Of a stretch of 64,000 nt of DNA, positions 58,196 through 64,000 are shown piece by piece (within the stretch, counting starts at the first letter, position 1; each line of letters starts with the position of its first letter). A program made the position numbers and the translations under genes. The notes beneath the pieces are model-generated. The model searched no databases. It was given only the letters and a program-made list of their open reading frames with translations, and was not told the DNA's origin. Source of the stretch: Treponemataceae bacterium (GTDB taxonomy: Bacteria > Spirochaetota > Spirochaetia > Treponematales > Rectinemataceae); assembly GCA_963667725.2 (NCBI GenBank), contig CAXXHO010000005.1, forward strand, positions 320,001-384,000, read 5' to 3'.

Positions 58196-60978
58196 GAACC
58201 TACCTCCTCCCGCATAGAGACAAATAATCGATATATCATATCTTCGGTATCGACAGACAGCGGCGCCGGAAATCCGTAGAACTTGAAAGCCGACTCCACT
58301 TCATAGCCGCCCTCGGCGAAAGCGTCCCTCGTGGGAATATAGCCGACCGAGCCTCCGCTGTAGCCGCATACTATCATGGAAGCGGGGCGCGCGTTCCGTT
58401 TCAGCGTCTTTCCTATCCGGCAAAACGCTTCTCCCGGAAGGGAGAAGAATAAAAGCGAATCTCCCAGCGAGCAGAGCGAAAACCGCGCGCGCGCCGTCGT
58501 CTTGCCAGCAAAGGCATGGCGGGCGTCGAAAGCGTTCGCGAGCAGGTCGCGAGCCCAGGCGAGATAGGTTTGCGCCGTCAGGAGCGGGTTTTCGTGGCTT
58601 CCCGCGAAGCCCCCATCCTTTTTCGTCGCCGCCTTCAGCTCACCGATTTCCGCCTCCAGTCGCTTCGCCAATTCTTCCAGCTCCCCGTAAGCCGGCGGGG
58701 ATGCCAGCGGCAGCTCGACTTCCCTTGTCGACACCGTCAGCAGTCGGCCCTCGATCCACATCTTTTCGCCGGCCTTAAGCTCGCTGAAGATGGCGGATAC
58801 GCGCTCCGCGATTTTCAGACCCATGCGGTCGATGTCGGCCGCCGAACCCTCCGCGAACTCGGTGCCTTCCTCATTCAGGATCATGGGGCGGATATCACCG
58901 CACGCGCCCTGTATCGGGACTACCACGACATTCTGGCCGAATATCCCGCGAATCCGCGCGGCCGCCCTCCCCGGATAGTCAGCTGAAATCTCATGCAGGG
59001 CGACGCTCAGCGTTGTAGGGTGAATCGCCAGGTTAACAAGGAGTTCCTTCAGCTTTCCCTCTCTATCGAAAAGGAACAGCCCGACGAGCTCTTTGTCGTT
59101 TTCGCCCCGGTAATTCGGCCTCATGCTCACTTTTCCGGTCCCGGGATCTCGGAATCTTCTATTTATACCGACCCCTTCGAGCATGGAGACGCCCGAGAGG
59201 CCGACCGCTGGTTCCATATTCTCTCGAGCCGCGATTATGGTCTCATGCATGGACTTTCCGAGCGATTCCAGGAAAAGCCTGTCGCTTTTAAGAAGCCCCA
59301 AGTCGATCGCGGCGGGTGCCGTATGCGTGTGTATGGCCAATAGGAAAACATTCTTTTTCGGTATGCCGTACCTGGTCTCGACTTCGCCATAAAAACTTTC
59401 CGACCATTCGGGAGAGAATTCCAGTACATCGGCGGATAAAAGAAGAGCCTGCTCGCGGGCGGAAGCGAACCAGCAGCATCTGACGCGCAGGGGATCCATC
59501 TCCCTATCCGCGGGTTCCGTTCTCGTGATATGCCCCTGCAGCCTAACTCCCAGCCGCGCCGGAACCATCGCCTCCGCCGACCCGCATAGCATGGTGCCGA
59601 CCATTCCTAGTATCTCGTATACGTCGAGGAGGGGCATTCCCGTGTGGTAACCGGCATCGATATCAGGCGTCGCCGGTATTATCGGCACAACCTCCCCGGA
59701 CAGGGAGACCGTCTGTACTGGAATGCCAATGGCGGAGGGCTTAAGATAGACCCTCTCGATGCAGGCCAGATACGACTTGACCTGGTCCACGCAATATCGC
59801 TTCTTCCCCTCATCTCGCGTCATCATGTACAGCTCGGCGAAGGTCCTCGCCGCTTCGAAGCTCGACCACCAGGGGCAGTTCCCGTTCAGGATTTCACCAG
59901 TCAGCGCATCGACGCTCCTGACAATTCCCCCATGAGGAGCTCGTCCCATCTCGTTGTACCTAATCGCCAGGGAACAAAGCGTTTCGATAGTCTCGCCCCA
60001 TCCTTCCCGGAACTTCGTCATACGGGCTCCAGCGCCTGATGTGGCGTCGCCCCTCTCAGTCCCGCCCGCCGCGTGCCTGAAAAACTGCAGCGCAAGCCCC
60101 GCGAACTCTATGGTATGGCCGGGATTCGTCGTCAAATGCCCCCTGTCCCGTAGGGGCAGGCCATCGCCGTCGAACGCGTCGATCATCAGCAGTTCCGGAA
60201 GAGAATCCTTATGAATATGTCTGGAAAGCGCCGAACCTATGGCATCGACGCCCCTGGCCAAATCTTCCTCCGCCCGCGTCTGGGCGAAGAGAAGTTCGCA
60301 GGCGCCAATGGATATCATCTGCCCTTCGTAGCCATTTCTCGTCGCGGAAAAATTTTCGCCGCCATTCTTTCCGAACTCTATCTGATCGTCGAGGCATTCT
60401 CCTCGTATCGAGGCGTCCACCGCGTTCCTGAGCAGCGGCACGATCCGCTCCAGGTCGGCCTTATAATTCCTATATCCCGCATAGGCCATGAGCCCGCGCA
60501 GCACGAAAAGCTGTGCCAGCGTTGTCTGGTCCTTCCCGAATTCCCGGCCCATGGAATTTCCCGCCGGATCCATGACGAAATACGCCTTAATGCCGGAAGG
60601 AGGAAGACAGACATCCATGATCTTCCGGTACAGCGATTCCGCGGTTCCTGCCAGTTTTTCCCTGTCCAGTACCGTAAATCCCGGCATTGTCTCGAGCCAG
60701 CGCAGGTGGGCCGTCAGAGATTCCAGTCCCCTACCCTGAATCCAGCCATACACCCTGTCTTTTCTGTAGAAATCCTGCGAACCATCCCTCTCTCGCCCAT
60801 CCACGGGATCGAATTTCATGTCGACCCAGCCCGGGGCGGCTTTGTTCTCCCTATAGCGGCTAACCAACATTTCCATCGTGGGGACGGGAATGCCCCTTAG
60901 CAGCGGCAGCAGTCCCGCCAATTCCATTCTCTGCCGAAGCTCCTCGGGCAGCGCTATCGATGCATCAATCTTATTCAA
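58183..60978 (-). CDS. Fusion protein: AGE-family (N-acylglucosamine 2-epimerase-like) domain + neutral-ceramidase-like Zn amidohydrolase domain
   Basis: N-half W.QGR, NPGHTIEF, PWWS..EA and GYHT. C-half DPLRVR, HTHTAP, NRR, HPT, ISADYPG, QGACGDI, LPGE and GYIPT...EGGYE. Confidence 0.75.
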   Translation of the reverse strand: MNKIDASIALPEELRQRMELAGLLPLLRGIPVPTMEMLVSRYRENKAAPGWVDMKFDPVDGRERDGSQDFYRKDRVYGWIQGRGLESLTAHLRWLETMPGFTVLDREKLAGTAESLYRKIMDVCLPPSGIKAYFVMDPAGNSMGREFGKDQTTLAQLFVLRGLMAYAGYRNYKADLERIVPLLRNAVDASIRGECLDDQIEFGKNGGENFSATRNGYEGQMISIGACELLFAQTRAEEDLARGVDAIGSALSRHIHKDSLPELLMIDAFDGDGLPLRDRGHLTTNPGHTIEFAGLALQFFRHAAGGTERGDATSGAGARMTKFREGWGETIETLCSLAIRYNEMGRAPHGGIVRSVDALTGEILNGNCPWWSSFEAARTFAELYMMTRDEGKKRYCVDQVKSYLACIERVYLKPSAIGIPVQTVSLSGEVVPIIPATPDIDAGYHTGMPLLDVYEILGMVGTMLCGSAEAMVPARLGVRLQGHITRTEPADREMDPLRVRCCWFASAREQALLLSADVLEFSPEWSESFYGEVETRYGIPKKNVFLLAIHTHTAPAAIDLGLLKSDRLFLESLGKSMHETIIAARENMEPAVGLSGVSMLEGVGINRRFRDPGTGKVSMRPNYRGENDKELVGLFLFDREGKLKELLVNLAIHPTTLSVALHEISADYPGRAAARIRGIFGQNVVVVPIQGACGDIRPMILNEEGTEFAEGSAADIDRMGLKIAERVSAIFSELKAGEKMWIEGRLLTVSTREVELPLASPPAYGELEELAKRLEAEIGELKAATKKDGGFAGSHENPLLTAQTYLAWARDLLANAFDARHAFAGKTTARARFSLCSLGDSLLFFSLPGEAFCRIGKTLKRNARPASMIVCGYSGGSVGYIPTRDAFAEGGYEVESAFKFYGFPAPLSVDTEDMIYRLFVSMREEVGSCQH

Positions 60979-60995
60979 GGTGCGCCTCTATGTAG

Positions 60996-61829
60996 TTATG
61001 CTTTCATACCCGTCAACGTTATTCCCTTCACAATATGCTTCCTCAGAATCATGAACACGATCATCACCGGCAATATGGAGAGCACGGAACCCGCGTTGAT
61101 CGGCCCAAGATCCACCGAAAACCTGTACTGGAACATGCCCAGGCCCAGTTCCATCGTCCACAGCTCCCTGCTGCTGGTTATGATCAAAGGCCATATGAAG
61201 GCGGCCCATGTCTGCATGAAGGAGAATATCGCGAGCGCGTTGGCCGATCCTGAAAGCAGAGGCAGCACGATCCGCCAATAGATGCCGAATTCCGACAGTC
61301 CATCGATCCGCGCCGCGTCAATCAATTCGTCGGGTATTGTCGTGTGCACGTTCTGCCTCATGAAGAAAATACCGTAGCTCATGACGAGGTAAGGCGCCAC
61401 CAGGCCCATGAACTTGTTCACCCAGCCAAACTGCACCATTCGCAAGTAAAGAGGGATCATATAGGTTTCGAAGGGAACCATGGCGGTGGCGAGAATCATC
61501 ATGAAAAGCAAATTCTTCATCGGAAAGGAGAACTTGCCGAACACATACCCCGCCAACGTCGAAGTTAGAAGAACACATATTGTTGAGAAAACCGACAACG
61601 CGACGCTGTTGAGGAAAAAGCGGACGAAGGGCGCGGTCTTGAACACCGTCGCGTAATTTTCGAGCGTCCAGGTATCGGGAATGAACTTGGGCGGCCAGCT
61701 CAACACTTCCGAAGCCGGCTTGAACGATGTCGAAAGCATCCAGATGAAAGGAAGCACCATTATAACAGTGCCGCCGATGAGAGCCAGATGCTTCGCGATG
61801 GATAGGGTCGATAATTTCTTCATTTTCAT
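60996..61829 (-). CDS. Carbohydrate ABC transporter permease (MalG type)
   Basis: LPFIWMLSTSFK, FFLNS and IPDELIDAARIDG. ATGA overlap with the upstream permease. Confidence 0.92.
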   Translation of the reverse strand: MKMKKLSTLSIAKHLALIGGTVIMVLPFIWMLSTSFKPASEVLSWPPKFIPDTWTLENYATVFKTAPFVRFFLNSVALSVFSTICVLLTSTLAGYVFGKFSFPMKNLLFMMILATAMVPFETYMIPLYLRMVQFGWVNKFMGLVAPYLVMSYGIFFMRQNVHTTIPDELIDAARIDGLSEFGIYWRIVLPLLSGSANALAIFSFMQTWAAFIWPLIITSSRELWTMELGLGMFQYRFSVDLGPINAGSVLSILPVMIVFMILRKHIVKGITLTGMKA

Positions 61830-62770
61830 GATGCCGCATGCCTTCTTTTCTTGGGTTCCTTTCCGCCCAGCCCGAACTGGAGGAAAGTGAGTACAAGGAT
61901 GATGAGGAGAAGCATCACGGCTTCCGCCGCGGCATACCCTGTCTTGAAATAGCGGAAGGCGTTCTCGTAAATGTCGAAAACAAGCGTCCGCACGGCCCCC
62001 CCGGGAGCTCCCTGTGCGCCTGAAGTCATGATGTAGACCTGAGTGAAGACATTGTAGGAATTGATTGTCGTGATGACGGTCACGAGGAGGATGATCGGCC
62101 TGAGCAGCGGAAGTATGATCTTCCCGAATATCTGCCCCCTGGAAGCGCCGTCGATCATGGCTGCCTCGATGTAGGTTTCGGGTATGTCCCTGATACCTAC
62201 CAGGAAGATGATCATATTGTATCCGATTATCTTCCATACGCTCATGATGATGATGGCAAGCAACGCTGTCTGAGGGTAGATGAGCCAACCGATGGGCTCT
62301 ATCCCGAACCAGGACAATATGTAATTCAGCAAGCCGTAGGTGGGATCGTAGATCCATTTCCAGACTACGGCCACAGGTACCATGGGCGTGATTACGGGCA
62401 GGAAAAACGCGGTTTCGTAGAGAAGGCTCATTTTCGAGGGCGCGGCAAGCATGAGCGCGACGAGCAGCGCGATGACGACGCCGAAAAAAGTCACGAAGAC
62501 GGCGAAGATGGTCGTGTTTTTTATGGATATGGCGAAGAGGTTATCGGAAAACAGCTCCTTGTAGTTGCTGAATCCCACGAACTCCGCCATCGGATTTCCG
62601 ATTGAGGAATTGAAGAAACTGTAGAGCACATTCTGGGCGATAGGCACGATTCTCAAAATGGCGTACATCGCGATTATTGGGATCAGCGCCCCGTAGGCAA
62701 AGAGATATCTTTGTCTTTTCGTCTTGTCGATCTGGCGAAGTTTTCCTGGCTGTTTCATTTTCTTTTCCAT
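61826..62770 (-). CDS. Carbohydrate ABC transporter permease (MalF type)
   Basis: FVGFSNY, FFLPVI, GLLN, EAAMIDGA and GYAAA. Start is 62770 or 62758. Confidence 0.92.
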   Translation of the reverse strand: MEKKMKQPGKLRQIDKTKRQRYLFAYGALIPIIAMYAILRIVPIAQNVLYSFFNSSIGNPMAEFVGFSNYKELFSDNLFAISIKNTTIFAVFVTFFGVVIALLVALMLAAPSKMSLLYETAFFLPVITPMVPVAVVWKWIYDPTYGLLNYILSWFGIEPIGWLIYPQTALLAIIIMSVWKIIGYNMIIFLVGIRDIPETYIEAAMIDGASRGQIFGKIILPLLRPIILLVTVITTINSYNVFTQVYIMTSGAQGAPGGAVRTLVFDIYENAFRYFKTGYAAAEAVMLLLIILVLTFLQFGLGGKEPKKRRHAAS

Positions 62771-62828
62771 GGAATTAGCTGCATCGTGTTGCGCCATAGT
62801 TCCGGTATCGCATCTCTACCTAAGCGAA

Positions 62829-62860
62829 ATGTCTTCGGAGGAAAAATCCTCCGAAGACAT
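62829..62860. other. Intercistronic stem-loop after the sugar SBP gene
   Basis: ATGTCTTCGGAGGA-AAAA-TCCTCCGAAGACAT, a 14-bp perfect stem. Confidence 0.7.
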
Positions 62861-62888
62861 CCATTGGAATCGTTGATTCGGACGATGA

Positions 62889-63998
62889 TCACTCGCTGAA
62901 AAGTTTCGCCTTCTTGAGAATGGTATTAGTTTCCTCGGCCGCGTCCGCGATGACTTTCGCAATCGCCGCGTCGTTGCCGGCGAGACCTTCGTTCAGATAG
63001 GCCATCGAGAGTCTCTCGGCGAACTTCGTGAGGAGTTCGTCAAAAGCGGCGATGGGAATGTAGCCGTATTCCTGGTATCCGGCCGGCATCTCCACAAAGC
63101 CCTTGAGCTGGGGTTTTCTGGCCAGAATGGCGGAGAAATCCACATCCTGGCGGGAGGGCAGCCAGCCTACGTTGTCCAGCATCCACTGCTGATTCTCGTC
63201 ATTGACGAGAAACTCGATGAAATCCCAGGCCACATCCTGGTTCTTGCTGGATTTGGTCACATAGAGATTCTGAAGGTTCGTGATCCTGCCGCCGCGCATA
63301 TCGGTCGGAACCGGCGCCGTGGCGTAGTTCAGCTTGGGAGCCTTGGCGGCGATGTCGCCTATGACCCAGGACTCGCGCAGGAACATGGCTGTCTGCTCAA
63401 GCTCGAAGGCTTCCGCGTCGTGCTTGATCTTCAGCGAATCCCATTTGTCGGTGTATACGGCGTCCAGATAGTATTTGAGCGCTTTTCTTCCGGCGTCGTT
63501 GTTGTAGCCGGCATGGTACTTGCCATCTTCTTTTCCGGGTTCCAGAATACTTCCGCCCATCGGGAACAGCACGAACCAGAATTTTTCGGCGATGCCAGAA
63601 CCCTGGCCCGAAAGCCTCAGGCTATGGCCGCTGCGCACGAGGTTGCCGTTCTTGTCGAAAACGGCCAGCTTCTTCGCGTATTCGTACATCTCTTCATAGG
63701 TCTTGGGCGCCCTGGAGAGGCCTGCCGCCTTGAACATGTCCACGTTCCAGTAAAGAGCCGTCTTGCCCTGGAAAAAGGGAACGCCGTACAAGGTCTTCTT
63801 GTAGGTCAGACTTTCCTTGGTGAACGAAGTATAGCGTCCGGCTTTATTGACATAGCTCACGAGATTCGCGGGAGTCTTGGGAATGAATCCGGCTTCGACA
63901 AACTTCTGGAGCGCGTAACCCGAAACGTCCAGGATATCGGCTGCCGTGTTGGAAGGAATGGTGGCCGAAAGTTTCTGCTCATATTCGCGCAGCGGATG
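62889..63998 (-). CDS. Family 1 sugar ABC substrate-binding protein (5' end beyond the window)
   Basis: Frame open to the window edge (HPLREYEQKLSATIPSNTAADI...); YGVP, LYWN.DMFK.AG, PKTYEE and AWDFIEFL. Confidence 0.9.
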   Translation of the reverse strand, partial: HPLREYEQKLSATIPSNTAADILDVSGYALQKFVEAGFIPKTPANLVSYVNKAGRYTSFTKESLTYKKTLYGVPFFQGKTALYWNVDMFKAAGLSRAPKTYEEMYEYAKKLAVFDKNGNLVRSGHSLRLSGQGSGIAEKFWFVLFPMGGSILEPGKEDGKYHAGYNNDAGRKALKYYLDAVYTDKWDSLKIKHDAEAFELEQTAMFLRESWVIGDIAAKAPKLNYATAPVPTDMRGGRITNLQNLYVTKSSKNQDVAWDFIEFLVNDENQQWMLDNVGWLPSRQDVDFSAILARKPQLKGFVEMPAGYQEYGYIPIAAFDELLTKFAERLSMAYLNEGLAGNDAAIAKVIADAAEETNTILKKAKLFSE

Positions 63999-64000
63999 CG

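Noticed and set aside
60996..62357. 453-aa ORF suggesting an extended or fused permease (likewise 14115..15236 and 53985..55103)
   Set aside because: The extensions are out-of-frame overlap with the upstream gene or promoter DNA. The true starts are 61829, 14754 and 54965.

Overview
A gene-dense, GC-rich chromosomal window of about 50 CDS and one tRNA-Val(CAC), probably from an anaerobic spirochaete. That assignment is inferred from the lipoprotein signal style, the archaeal/eukaryote-type ProRS, a tungsten-type AOR and the overall gene content. I see no CRISPR array, integrase, transposase or phage genes. The left part holds type II pantothenate kinase with galU, a KdgF-like cupin / aldehyde:ferredoxin oxidoreductase / diguanylate cyclase unit, an MFS gene preceded by an unannotated 16-codon leader peptide and switch-like hairpins, proS, two more diguanylate cyclases, a ThrE exporter and a PreP peptidase. 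A Wzi-like outer-membrane gene is broken by a local cluster of single-base deletions, probably assembly error. The middle part holds a methyltransferase / M55 peptidase group, an ABC-F + SrkA kinase pair, a MATE transporter, a Dpp peptide ABC operon ending in a CocE/NonD hydrolase next to a beta-propeller two-component system, an Ada/Ogt-like gene and an ECF transporter with one degenerate ATP site. The best candidate for an undescribed system is the right end (about 51-64 kb). It is a co-oriented cluster of a sugar ABC importer, a 931-aa AGE-epimerase / ceramidase-like amidohydrolase fusion, a DegT-type PLP aminotransferase, a DeoR regulator, a TIM-barrel isomerase and a second ABC importer. 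I read it as a catabolic pathway for an unknown N-acylated amino sugar or aminocyclitol. All family calls come from motif recognition by eye; no searches were run.
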